IMG/VR virus record: IMGVR_UViG_3300042402_004628
Span: 6,831 to 70,830 of that record
Reading direction: 5' to 3' (one strand)
DNA: 64,000 nt
From: a virus
The translations under genes were made by a program, and so were the position numbers. This document shows, piece by piece, positions 51,501-60,432 of this stretch (the first letter of the stretch is position 1; each line of letters opens with the position of its first letter). The notes beneath the pieces are model-generated. The model was not told where the DNA came from. It was given only the letters and a program-made list of their open reading frames with translations, and did not search any database.

Positions 51501-52050
51501 CGTTTTCAGTTTCCCCTTTCAGTTTTTCATAATAATCTTTTAGTTCACATAAGCTATACCAGTCCTTATCGAATGTCGGTTCCATTTCCTTTATGTTCTC
51601 AACCAGCTCGGCTTTGTAGCCTCTGTGATATACATAATGTTCTATCGCATCAGCCAAATCCTGAAGATGCTTCGGTGCCCCTATGCTTATTCTCAAATCG
51701 TAATCAGACCATTTAGTTTTATAATCCCACATTCGAATCCCCTTGGTTATTTTTCTCTCAATATTATGTAAGAACCTGTTCCTTACTCTAACGATTGAGT
51801 TATCCGATCCAAATAAATGCAAGAACCTTAGGAACCACCTTGGGCACCACCAGGGTTTGGCTTCAGCATCCATTGCCATTACCAATGCGTGAATCATTCC
51901 ACGCTTCTCGTAAGCATCCTCGAAAGGAACATAGCCTAGGTAGCCATACTTTTCATGGAAATTCTTTGGAAAGAAAACCGCTCGCAGGTCATCCAACCTT
52001 ATATCCATTGTGTGGATCATCCCTTTATTTTTACCCTTGAATATTTTCAT
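51484..52050 (-). CDS. hypothetical protein
   Basis: ORF track 188 aa. Confidence 0.5.
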   Translation of the reverse strand: MKIFKGKNKGMIHTMDIRLDDLRAVFFPKNFHEKYGYLGYVPFEDAYEKRGMIHALVMAMDAEAKPWWCPRWFLRFLHLFGSDNSIVRVRNRFLHNIERKITKGIRMWDYKTKWSDYDLRISIGAPKHLQDLADAIEHYVYHRGYKAELVENIKEMEPTFDKDWYSLCELKDYYEKLKGETENDETSD

Positions 52051-52387
52051 TTCGAATGTTGTTAAATTCTTCTCTTATTCTTCTGATTATTTCAGCATCG
52101 ATATTTCTCATTAGTTCTTCTGTCAATGCTCTGGTCAATTCTTTCTCAACATCTTCATCACATCTAACACGAGTTATTAATTTATCTTTCTCATAAAACC
52201 AAATAACCTTGAATCTTTCATATGAAAAGTTCGATTTGATTTTTGGATATCTAAACTCTTCGGTTTTGGGAAATGGTTCTTCAAGTTCATTGTTGAATAA
52301 AATAACATAATGGTCACCAACATCAATGATATCATCACACAATAGGTAGGTTCCATACTCATCATTTAATAACCATTCTTTAGACAT
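52031..52387 (-). CDS. hypothetical protein
   Basis: ORF track. Confidence 0.45.
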   Translation of the reverse strand: MSKEWLLNDEYGTYLLCDDIIDVGDHYVILFNNELEEPFPKTEEFRYPKIKSNFSYERFKVIWFYEKDKLITRVRCDEDVEKELTRALTEELMRNIDAEIIRRIREEFNNIRNENIQG

Positions 52388-52390
52388 AAA

Positions 52391-52756
52391 TTACTTCTTA
52401 GTGTCATCCTTTATGACAATACTGTAATCCAATTTATTTAGTTCATCAGATAATCTTTTCAAGAAAGTTTCTTCACCATCATCACCAGACAATAACCAAT
52501 CAACACGCTGTGCGTATATCTCAGCAATTCTCAAAATCTTTACAGCATCCCTGAATTTTTTGATGACCTCATCGGGATATTTGTGGTGGGTTCTCTCATC
52601 TGGGTATCTTTCAAAATACTCAACGCCATACCATCTAACCTTTTCTCTGAACTCCTCATCGGTTAAAGGTCTGCCACTTCGTTCTATTTCACTTTCAATG
52701 CTATCAGCAATGTTGCGAATCTTATATTGGTCGTAATCAAATGCTCCTCCACTCAT
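52391..52756 (-). CDS. hypothetical protein
   Basis: ORF track. Confidence 0.45.
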   Translation of the reverse strand: MSGGAFDYDQYKIRNIADSIESEIERSGRPLTDEEFREKVRWYGVEYFERYPDERTHHKYPDEVIKKFRDAVKILRIAEIYAQRVDWLLSGDDGEETFLKRLSDELNKLDYSIVIKDDTKK

Positions 52757-53307
52757 ATTTTATTTGTATAAATTTCTTTTATTGTACCATCTTTATAAAA
52801 AATTCTGCAATCAGGTTTTGTCCACCCATAGAGGTTAGCCATAACTTGCGCATACTGCTCAATGCTATCCAATTTAAGTCTACCAACAACTCTTGTTGAA
52901 CTATATTTATTTTCAACAATTGGTTCAACCAACCAAGTGGCGCCAGGATATTGGCTCTTCAAGTTTTTAATAGCGACATCTTTCTGAATGGTTCCTTTTT
53001 TACCATCGGTCAGCCATTGAGAAACCTCGTAACCATTCCATTTTGTGTTCATCTCCTCGATGTTGGTGGCATAAGATGCTGGGTACCAACGATCGCCACA
53101 GCAAGGGCAATCCATACCCTCATCACAACCATTCCAATAACAACCCAAGTCCTCGGCAATTCTTAGAGCCTCATCCTCCGAAACGGCCTCAATGTACAAT
53201 CTGTGGCATAGTTTATCATCGGTGATGAATGAACCACCACTGTTGTTCTGTGTAATTTCGTAAAATTCGGTTGATTTTGCCTTAATCGCTGATTTTTCGC
53301 TGACCAT
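52753..53307 (-). CDS. hypothetical Cys-cluster protein
   Basis: CYWNGCDEGMDCPCCGD. Confidence 0.45.
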   Translation of the reverse strand: MVSEKSAIKAKSTEFYEITQNNSGGSFITDDKLCHRLYIEAVSEDEALRIAEDLGCYWNGCDEGMDCPCCGDRWYPASYATNIEEMNTKWNGYEVSQWLTDGKKGTIQKDVAIKNLKSQYPGATWLVEPIVENKYSSTRVVGRLKLDSIEQYAQVMANLYGWTKPDCRIFYKDGTIKEIYTNKI

Positions 53308-53372
53308 AATTTTTATTTTAGGTCACAAATATAAAGAAATATTTTTAAATATCCAAATCTTATTGAAACATT

Positions 53373-53633
53373 TTAATCAAAATTATATTTGACTGTAACC
53401 AGATAATTTTTTTTGATATCTTCTGGTATAAAACACCAGACAATATTAATCATCTTGTGGCGCGAAAAAAATGTTGATGGTTTCTCATCTATTTGTTTCA
53501 ACGCATCGGAATTTTCTATAATATGTTTCTCATCGTTTGATATCCAAACGTATTGATCACCGATTCTATTTGGTTTTTTATCATCAACCAAAAGAACCAT
53601 CTTGTCAAGCATTATAAATCTCTCATTCAGCAT
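53373..53633 (-). CDS. hypothetical protein
   Basis: ORF track. Confidence 0.4.
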   Translation of the reverse strand: MLNERFIMLDKMVLLVDDKKPNRIGDQYVWISNDEKHIIENSDALKQIDEKPSTFFSRHKMINIVWCFIPEDIKKNYLVTVKYNFD

Positions 53634-53662
53634 AATCGTATTGAAAATCTAAGTAAAACAAT

Positions 53663-53911
53663 TCACCCCCTTGGGCTGTCCATTGGTTGGACAGCCACTA
53701 AATCTTGTGAAATAAATGTATGCGTAACACCAGTCGCATAAGGCATAAAGATCATGTCATAGTAAACGGAAACGTGTGTACCGAATGTTTCGTAATACCA
53801 AACTACTTTGTGGTTTACACCATCGATTGTGATGTACTCATCACCATCTTTTAATTGATCATCCGTAACAATATAATGATTGCCCTGGTACTTTATGAAC
53901 TCACCAATCAT
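53663..53911 (-). CDS. hypothetical protein
   Basis: ORF track. Confidence 0.4.
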   Translation of the reverse strand: MIGEFIKYQGNHYIVTDDQLKDGDEYITIDGVNHKVVWYYETFGTHVSVYYDMIFMPYATGVTHTFISQDLVAVQPMDSPRG

Positions 53912-54162
53912 ATTGAAATGTCATCATTCTTTGGGGATGCGAAAGTATAATTAGCTGCCATAGCAACTTCAAACTTAGTTAAAAGTTCTTTTATATCAGT
54001 CGCACCCCAACCCGTACCAACCGTTCTGTTTTTTGCGGTGTGTTCGATTGTGTATCGCACAACTCTATCGTGTGTTACACTAACGGACACTCGGAAGTCA
54101 GACCTATCAGTGTATTTCCTTTCAATCTCAGCAACTTTATCCGCTAGTTCAAGTAATGTCAT
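53908..54162 (-). CDS. hypothetical protein
   Basis: ATGA overlap chain. Confidence 0.4.
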   Translation of the reverse strand: MTLLELADKVAEIERKYTDRSDFRVSVSVTHDRVVRYTIEHTAKNRTVGTGWGATDIKELLTKFEVAMAANYTFASPKNDDISI

Positions 54163-54163
54163 A

Positions 54164-54427
54164 TCAGTCCCACTCTGTTATGTCCATATCTCTGTCGTTG
54201 ATCACACAATCTAATGCTCTTTCAATGTCCCAAAAATATGTAACGAAATTACCATCAATCATTGTAATTGTGTTCACACCAAGTGCAGTGTAAAACTTGT
54301 CTGGGTCAATATCGTTATCGACTAACATTGTGACGATCTCATCACTAGTGAAACCGACCTCATATTTTCTTTTGCTATTTTTAATTATTTCTTCTGCCGT
54401 CATATTATTTCTTATTTTTACGAGCAT
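54164..54427 (-). CDS. hypothetical protein
   Basis: ORF track. Confidence 0.4.
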   Translation of the reverse strand: MLVKIRNNMTAEEIIKNSKRKYEVGFTSDEIVTMLVDNDIDPDKFYTALGVNTITMIDGNFVTYFWDIERALDCVINDRDMDITEWD

Positions 54428-54481
54428 TCGGTAGCACCAGGAAAAAATACCATAGTATTACCAGTATCGTTAATGTATGCA

Positions 54482-55087
54482 TTAATTAATTTTTTCTATG
54501 TAACTTAAAACCTCTTCTTTAGTATTAACCCAATCCAATAGTTCGTAGTGTTCGCCTTTGGCGTTTATAAACTCGGCGTTGATTATTTGCAAACTATCTT
54601 CAACATTGTGAATGTTTCCGATGTATCGCTCACGTGCTTCATCGTCATATTCAAAAAGACAACCATCGGAATCTTCCTCAACTCTGATCGTGCTTCCCCA
54701 TTTAACAATGTTCCAGAAAGCGCCACCCTCGGATATTGATGTTGCAAAATCATCCACATCGAATGATTCAGCATCTTCTTTGATTGGCATGTCCCAAGTT
54801 TCTTTCAACATTGGTAGCAACTCGTTCCACCATTTAACATCACCATCAAAATTATCCTCAACGGTAACAACAACCTCGGCAATACCATGCTCTTCTTCAT
54901 CATCCCAGTATAATTCATCACCCTCGGTGGATATCCATTTCTTGGTGAAATCCTCTGAGAATCTGATTGAATCGAGTAGTTCTGTTAAAAATCTAACCCA
55001 CGCTGACTCATCCGATTCTAACTCCTCAAACAAATCGTAATCAGTAATTTTGTAAGTTAATGTGTAGGATACTTTAAACTTTTTCAT
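54482..55087 (-). CDS. acidic hypothetical protein
   Basis: 201 aa, D/E/W-rich. Confidence 0.5.
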   Translation of the reverse strand: MKKFKVSYTLTYKITDYDLFEELESDESAWVRFLTELLDSIRFSEDFTKKWISTEGDELYWDDEEEHGIAEVVVTVEDNFDGDVKWWNELLPMLKETWDMPIKEDAESFDVDDFATSISEGGAFWNIVKWGSTIRVEEDSDGCLFEYDDEARERYIGNIHNVEDSLQIINAEFINAKGEHYELLDWVNTKEEVLSYIEKIN

Positions 55088-55091
55088 TGTA

Positions 55092-56543
55092 TTAAATTTT
55101 AATCTTTATGTTTTCGATAATTAAATCACCAGTGTGAATACCGTTATGTTTATAAATTTCAACATGGTATCTGTTAGATGAGTTGACCTCAAATTCAAAT
55201 TGCATTGTTGGTCTACCGTCAGCGTTGAGTGTTCTACAACAACCCTTTTCACAAGACTCACCAGGCATTTTATGATCGGCTCCGAAGAAAGACATATAAC
55301 CCGCGAAGCTCTCAACCATATTCGGGTGTGCTGTTGTTAATTTATTTCGATTAACGTAAACCTCATAGACACCTTTAGGTATCTTCGTGAATGAAACGGT
55401 TAATACTAATTTAACTCTATTTGGCGCACCTAGCTGGCCACTTGTTGGCGTAACCTGTGTGACAGCATCTGTGATTTGACCATTAATTGGTATGCTGAAA
55501 TTATTGCTATGTAAAACATTGTTGTATGCTCTAGCCATCATCGGTTGATCAGCTTTTTCATATACCTCAACATCATCATAATCATAATCAAGTTTGTATA
55601 TTATCTTTATCACATCTTCCATTGTATAGGTAACTTTCTTACCATTCTCATCGAAGAAAACATAAGACCAGTCAGCTGATTTTAACATCTCCAATGTAAC
55701 TTTCTCCCCATTCGGAGAATTAGTCCATTGCTGCCATAGTCTATCAATGTTTGAGTGATGTGTCCAGAAAACTGGATCAAACCCAGCTGTCGGAACCCAA
55801 CCCATCAACCCTGTCTCACTAATTTTACCAGTGATTGGGTTGTTGAACAACTTACCAGTTTGTACATTACCAGCGCCGATGTAATCGTGCATCGCACCAT
55901 GTGGGGCATTGTTAATCTGCGAGTTAAACATTTCGTATGAGGTGTAACTCATTAATTTATCTGTCTCCAAAGCTCTTTGGATTTCACCTGCAATAGGATA
56001 ACCATAGTTCAAGCTATCAAATCTACAACGTTCATATAGGGATGATTTCGGATCTCTGAATTTTTCTTGTAAAAATTTGTCGTAGTCAAAATTATTTGTG
56101 TAGCCCCAATAAGGTAATGCGAAATCTTTATATCCAGACAATTTTCTAACTATCTTTTCTAAATGGTGAATGTATAATCTATGCCAAACCAAGAAATGAA
56201 TTTTTTCTTTACCACTTGGTGTATGTGTACAATTATCCCAAGCTTCTTTTAAATCGGCTGGGGTCTTATAGCTTGGGCACAGTGGGTTATATAAGATTGT
56301 GTCGGGAACCCAATGAATTGCACCTTGATAATACCAACTCAATGGGTTATCACAAGGCATATTACGCATAATTTTAAAGGCTTTGTCCATGGCTTCAACG
56401 TCCATTTGTGCCTCTGGTGTGTGAATTTCTTTTCGGAGATATCGTTTTCCAACAACATCTCCAACGCTTTCGGTTCTGTCTTTACATGATATTAGCCATA
56501 ATAGGCCAAACATCAAAATGAATAGTATTAATATTTTTTTCAT
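55092..56543 (-). CDS. tyrosinase / polyphenol oxidase (type-3 copper), predicted lipoprotein
   Basis: CuA 'HFLVWHRLYIHHLE', CuB 'HGAMHDYIG...DPVFWTHHSNIDRLWQQW'; N-terminal MKKILILFILMFGLLWLISC lipobox. Confidence 0.8.
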   Translation of the reverse strand: MKKILILFILMFGLLWLISCKDRTESVGDVVGKRYLRKEIHTPEAQMDVEAMDKAFKIMRNMPCDNPLSWYYQGAIHWVPDTILYNPLCPSYKTPADLKEAWDNCTHTPSGKEKIHFLVWHRLYIHHLEKIVRKLSGYKDFALPYWGYTNNFDYDKFLQEKFRDPKSSLYERCRFDSLNYGYPIAGEIQRALETDKLMSYTSYEMFNSQINNAPHGAMHDYIGAGNVQTGKLFNNPITGKISETGLMGWVPTAGFDPVFWTHHSNIDRLWQQWTNSPNGEKVTLEMLKSADWSYVFFDENGKKVTYTMEDVIKIIYKLDYDYDDVEVYEKADQPMMARAYNNVLHSNNFSIPINGQITDAVTQVTPTSGQLGAPNRVKLVLTVSFTKIPKGVYEVYVNRNKLTTAHPNMVESFAGYMSFFGADHKMPGESCEKGCCRTLNADGRPTMQFEFEVNSSNRYHVEIYKHNGIHTGDLIIENIKIKI

Positions 56544-56553
56544 AATTTTTAAT

Positions 56554-56754
56554 TTATTTTACAACATTAAGTAAAAAAAGTGTGATGTAAACCATAGATA
56601 CAACTGTCATAAATTTAATTGTCATGGCGATGATGGGTTTAGTACCGTTAACTTTAGCAACAAGCATGAAGGATCCTGTTGCATAGAACCAAATGATGGT
56701 TATGATCTTAGCAATGTCTAATATGTTCATAGTTTTAATTTTTAAATAAATCAC
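56554..56754 (-). CDS. small two-TM membrane protein
   Basis: ORF track 66 aa, hydrophobic. Confidence 0.4.
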   Translation of the reverse strand: MIYLKIKTMNILDIAKIITIIWFYATGSFMLVAKVNGTKPIIAMTIKFMTVVSMVYITLFLLNVVK

Positions 56755-57298
56755 TCAGGTATTGAAACATTTCAAAGTAAGGTTCGGTGGCATACCAAGT
56801 AAACCCCAACTTAGTCATGAATTCCTCATTTTCTTTTTTATACATCTCAAACATACGACTACCAGTCATCTTAGAGTATTGTACATTAGCGATACGATCA
56901 CATAATTTAACAAATACAGCGCCTTTGGTATTACGAATACCCTCATAGTATTTGTCATTGGCACGTTCCTTACGGTTCTTACCCTTTTCATTGGTTACAG
57001 CATAAATAATCTCAGCCGCTTCCTGACCCAAAATATCTTTAACATCGTTATATGACACACGACAATCTTCGATCAAATCGTGGCCCCAACAAGCAAGCAT
57101 ACATGCGTGTTTAGTCGAAACCTGTGTGGTTGGATTAACAACCACATCACCAGTAAAGTATTCTTTATCGTCTAAAAGATGGTTGTACTTCTCACCGACA
57201 TGGGCCACCATTCTCAAGTGGAACTCATACGGTAAGTATGTGTCGTACATGTGGTTTGTTTCATTGTGCTTCTCAATGCACCATTTTTTCTTATCCAT
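56735..57298 (-). CDS. HD-domain hydrolase, RelA/SpoT-type small alarmone hydrolase (SAH/Mesh1)-like
   Basis: 'AHVGEKYNH ... WGHDLIEDC' (H..H..HD-x-x-ED signature); ~187 aa; own promoter 57316-57347. Confidence 0.6.
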   Translation of the reverse strand: MDKKKWCIEKHNETNHMYDTYLPYEFHLRMVAHVGEKYNHLLDDKEYFTGDVVVNPTTQVSTKHACMLACWGHDLIEDCRVSYNDVKDILGQEAAEIIYAVTNEKGKNRKERANDKYYEGIRNTKGAVFVKLCDRIANVQYSKMTGSRMFEMYKKENEEFMTKLGFTWYATEPYFEMFQYLSDLFKN

Positions 57299-57315
57299 AA
57301 TTTCTCTTGTTGTTA

Positions 57316-57347
57316 CAAAGGTAAGAAAGAAAAATTTAATAACCAAA
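57316..57347 (-). promoter_or_regulatory. cassette-type promoter for the SAH-like gene
   Basis: TTTGGTTATTAAATTTTTCTTTCTTACCTTTG. Confidence 0.5.
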
Positions 57348-57397
57348 AAAAGGGGATAATTATTTCTAATTACCCCCCAGCACTTGACATGGCATGC

Positions 57398-57754
57398 TTA
57401 AGATTTTTTGTAATAGATCGTATCAGGTAAAGACCCAAACACGAACTTGGTTACGTCACATAACCACATTTTAATATCAAATGGTATACCCATGTAAGAC
57501 TCAACCTTATATGTGGCACCAGAACCATTCCCCTCATCATACAACCAACCATCCGAAATTTTTTTGAGCTCCTCAGCACCCTCAAATGGTTTATCGGACA
57601 ATGCTATCCAAATATACCACTCACCTTCACATAGCAAATCAAGCCAGGTGTCAGCACCAAGAACCATTTGTAGATCGGCTTTAGATCCTTCCCATTCTGG
57701 AAGATCAACAAACCAACCATTAAATTCTTTATCAAATCTTAATCTTTGTTTCAT
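57398..57754 (-). CDS. hypothetical protein
   Basis: ORF track. Confidence 0.45.
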   Translation of the reverse strand: MKQRLRFDKEFNGWFVDLPEWEGSKADLQMVLGADTWLDLLCEGEWYIWIALSDKPFEGAEELKKISDGWLYDEGNGSGATYKVESYMGIPFDIKMWLCDVTKFVFGSLPDTIYYKKS

Positions 57755-58137
57755 AAACTACATTTAAACATATAGTTAAATATCTCACAATTTGAATTTA
57801 GTTTAGATAAATCTGGAAAGGTCACATCACCTATATAGTTATTATCTATATGTGATATGTGTAACTCGGTGAACATGTGTGCATATTTTTCATATGTTTT
57901 TTTGCCACCAATGCACCAATCAATAACTTCGATATCTGGATTCCAAAGTCCCCTGGTATCGATTACAACTTCACGACCCTTCAATGGTGGTAACTCTAGT
58001 GATGTGTTGTAGCCAACGAGTAATCTACCACCCATGGTTTTTTCTTTGAAATGTTTGAAATCTTCGGAACTACGCCATAGCATTTTATTACCGATTCCTA
58101 TGAACCCGAGATTATTTACAGCAATTATAGCTTTCAT
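57751..58137 (-). CDS. folA: dihydrofolate reductase
   Basis: 'IIAVNNLGFIGIGNKMLW...DFKHFKEKTMGGRLLVGYNTSLELPPLKGREVVI...IGGKKTYE' matches the DHFR fold motifs. Confidence 0.8.
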   Translation of the reverse strand: MKAIIAVNNLGFIGIGNKMLWRSSEDFKHFKEKTMGGRLLVGYNTSLELPPLKGREVVIDTRGLWNPDIEVIDWCIGGKKTYEKYAHMFTELHISHIDNNYIGDVTFPDLSKLNSNCEIFNYMFKCSL

Positions 58138-58448
58138 TTTGATAATAAATCAATTAGTATGTAAGACAATTTATAACCAGCGAATGCACCTAAAGCTGAT
58201 GGTATTGGAAACACAATTAACTTACCAAGTGATGTAACATACTTCGGTCGGTTAACAATTCTACCCATATAAAAGTAGTAGGTTATATAACCAAGAAGAA
58301 CCGCTAGATCTGTTTTGGTTGCGATAAACACAACCAACATAGCACCGATAAAACCAAACGTAAAATTGTCTCTGGACTCGGTAAAAACCTCACCAGGAGT
58401 TGCATCTTTATATTCTTTAACTATTTGTTTTATCGTTGTCTTGCCCAT
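58134..58448 (-). CDS. membrane protein
   Basis: Three hydrophobic segments. Confidence 0.45.
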   Translation of the reverse strand: MGKTTIKQIVKEYKDATPGEVFTESRDNFTFGFIGAMLVVFIATKTDLAVLLGYITYYFYMGRIVNRPKYVTSLGKLIVFPIPSALGAFAGYKLSYILIDLLSK

Positions 58449-58704
58449 TTTGTTTTATTTTCTCAAGATATTCAATCATAGTTTCGGCGTCTTTTGGGTT
58501 AATGATTATTTCATCAAATGCGCCGTAATTTGACTGTCTACCGAATATATAATCAATAGCATATAAAATCCTATCACGCAATGATTTACGTTTCAAGTGT
58601 GGCTCGATGTATAGCGTATTATCTTCATCATCATACCAAATGGCAAATTGATGTTCGAGCGATTCACATTCACACACCAAGATTTCTCTATTAATCTTTT
58701 CCAT
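58417..58704 (-). CDS. hypothetical protein
   Basis: ORF track. Confidence 0.4.
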   Translation of the reverse strand: MEKINREILVCECESLEHQFAIWYDDEDNTLYIEPHLKRKSLRDRILYAIDYIFGRQSNYGAFDEIIINPKDAETMIEYLEKIKQNGQDNDKTNS

Positions 58705-58921
58705 CTTCTTTTTTAATATCCTCTCGAGTTAATTCTTTTTCAGCTTGGTGCATGAAGATAATCTCTTTTGTTTGTTCATCAACTGTGCAAGCGGCAATTG
58801 GTTTATCAACTCGGTAATGATATTCTTCTCCTAGCATACCAACTTCTCCGTTGACAACTTCAAAGGCATCAAACTCCTCTGGTAGGGTGTTGAGCCACGT
58901 TTTTAATTCTCCTAAATTCAT
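58691..58921 (-). CDS. hypothetical protein
   Basis: ORF track. Confidence 0.4.
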   Translation of the reverse strand: MNLGELKTWLNTLPEEFDAFEVVNGEVGMLGEEYHYRVDKPIAACTVDEQTKEIIFMHQAEKELTREDIKKEDGKD

Positions 58922-59943
58922 ATATCGTAAGGTGTTGTACTGAATGTTATCTTCTCGATACTCAAACAGTTTGTGTTTATTATTTTTTCGATAAACATAA
59001 TAAAATCAGAAACAATATCAAATGATTTTATTTGTTTGTTCAGGTATAGGTTGTAAACCCCAATTTCTTGAAGAACATCTGATTTATTGATTATTAAATC
59101 AGTCACACCGTTGATGTTAATTGCTTTGATCATATCGTCCAAGTCCAACCAATCAACTTGCCTCGGTCTACCAGTTGTTGCACCAAACTCATTACCAACT
59201 TCTCTTATCTTCACAAACAATGGGTCTGCACCTTCAAAGTTTTTGGCACCAACATATGTGCGATAAGCTTTTGCAACGCCGTACACTCTGTCAATTTTTT
59301 GTGCTGGTATTCCATTAAGGATGGCCCCACCAATTGTGCAATGTGATGATGTAACATATGGGTAATCACCCCAATCAATATCCAACTCAAAACCCTGAGC
59401 CCCTTCGCAAAGTATACTACAACCGTCTTGCCCATTAAATAATCCGTATGTATCAACAACCATGTCGGCTAACATAGGAACATCAACAGCTCTAAGACCT
59501 TTTCGATAATACTTATCTCGGTAAGCTGGGCCATTCCCAGTTTTAGTCGTACCGATTTTACTATCCAAACTATCTTCGTGTAGATGTTGCTCGGTGATGA
59601 TGTGAACACGTTTATCAATCAATAAGTTCTCACGAACTTTAAATCCAGCTAATTCGAGTTCATCAATTTCTTGAATAAGTTTGTCTGGGTTGACCACACA
59701 ACCAAGTCCAATAATTGATTTGATTCCATACAATACACCAACTGGTATGAAATGTGTTACATATTTTTCACCATTGTGATATATCGTGTGACCAGCATTA
59801 CCACCACCATTGTAGCGCATAACATAATCATACTCATCTGGCTTCTTAGCCAGAGCGTGGGCAACCTTGCCCTTTCCAGTGTCACCCGCTTGCAGGTCAA
59901 CAATTACATCAGCTTTGCGTATCATAGTGCGTGGTTTTCCCAA
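58918..59943 (-). CDS. purA: adenylosuccinate synthetase (short form)
   Basis: 'GDTGKGK', 'RYNGGGNAGHT', 'GTTKTGNGPAYRDK', 'EGAQGFELDIDWGDYPYVTSS', 'GNEFGATTGRPRQVDWLD' align to PurA motifs; the real start may be the internal MIRKADV. Confidence 0.85.
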   Translation of the reverse strand: MGKPRTMIRKADVIVDLQAGDTGKGKVAHALAKKPDEYDYVMRYNGGGNAGHTIYHNGEKYVTHFIPVGVLYGIKSIIGLGCVVNPDKLIQEIDELELAGFKVRENLLIDKRVHIITEQHLHEDSLDSKIGTTKTGNGPAYRDKYYRKGLRAVDVPMLADMVVDTYGLFNGQDGCSILCEGAQGFELDIDWGDYPYVTSSHCTIGGAILNGIPAQKIDRVYGVAKAYRTYVGAKNFEGADPLFVKIREVGNEFGATTGRPRQVDWLDLDDMIKAININGVTDLIINKSDVLQEIGVYNLYLNKQIKSFDIVSDFIMFIEKIINTNCLSIEKITFSTTPYDI

Positions 59944-60380
59944 TAACCGTTAGGGTAATCAATATTAACATAAAGCATATAAGTTGTGTAACCTTTGCGC
60001 TCATCTTTTTTATAGTGATTCCAGGTAGCATCTTCATCCATAAATGGTCGCAAACCAATAGCTTTGAATTTCTCAACAAACCACTTACAAAGTTCATGGT
60101 GAATGACCATATCTTTTGTCTCGAGTTCAAAACGAACACAAACCCATGGTGTTGTCATATAACCATCGGATCCCCCACCATAACTCAAAAGTTCTGGATA
60201 TAAAACGATACCGATTTTTGGTTTCCATTCGTCATTTTTAGAGTCTGGGTTAATCAAAAAAGGTGTTTTAACTTCCAAGTAATGTTCATCAACCTGTTTA
60301 AAATTTGGGTCGTGTAATTGTAATCGATCAATAATTTGGTCGATTTCTTTGTCGATTTGTTCTCTTATATTTACTAACAT
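59922..60380 (-). CDS. hypothetical protein
   Basis: Start placed at MLVNIREQ, after the flotillin-gene terminator hairpin. Confidence 0.4.
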   Translation of the reverse strand: MLVNIREQIDKEIDQIIDRLQLHDPNFKQVDEHYLEVKTPFLINPDSKNDEWKPKIGIVLYPELLSYGGGSDGYMTTPWVCVRFELETKDMVIHHELCKWFVEKFKAIGLRPFMDEDATWNHYKKDERKGYTTYMLYVNIDYPNGYWENHAL

Positions 60381-60432
60381 AATTTTATTTAAAATAGGAT
60401 TGGGTTGTTTCCAACCCAATCCATTGTTTTAA

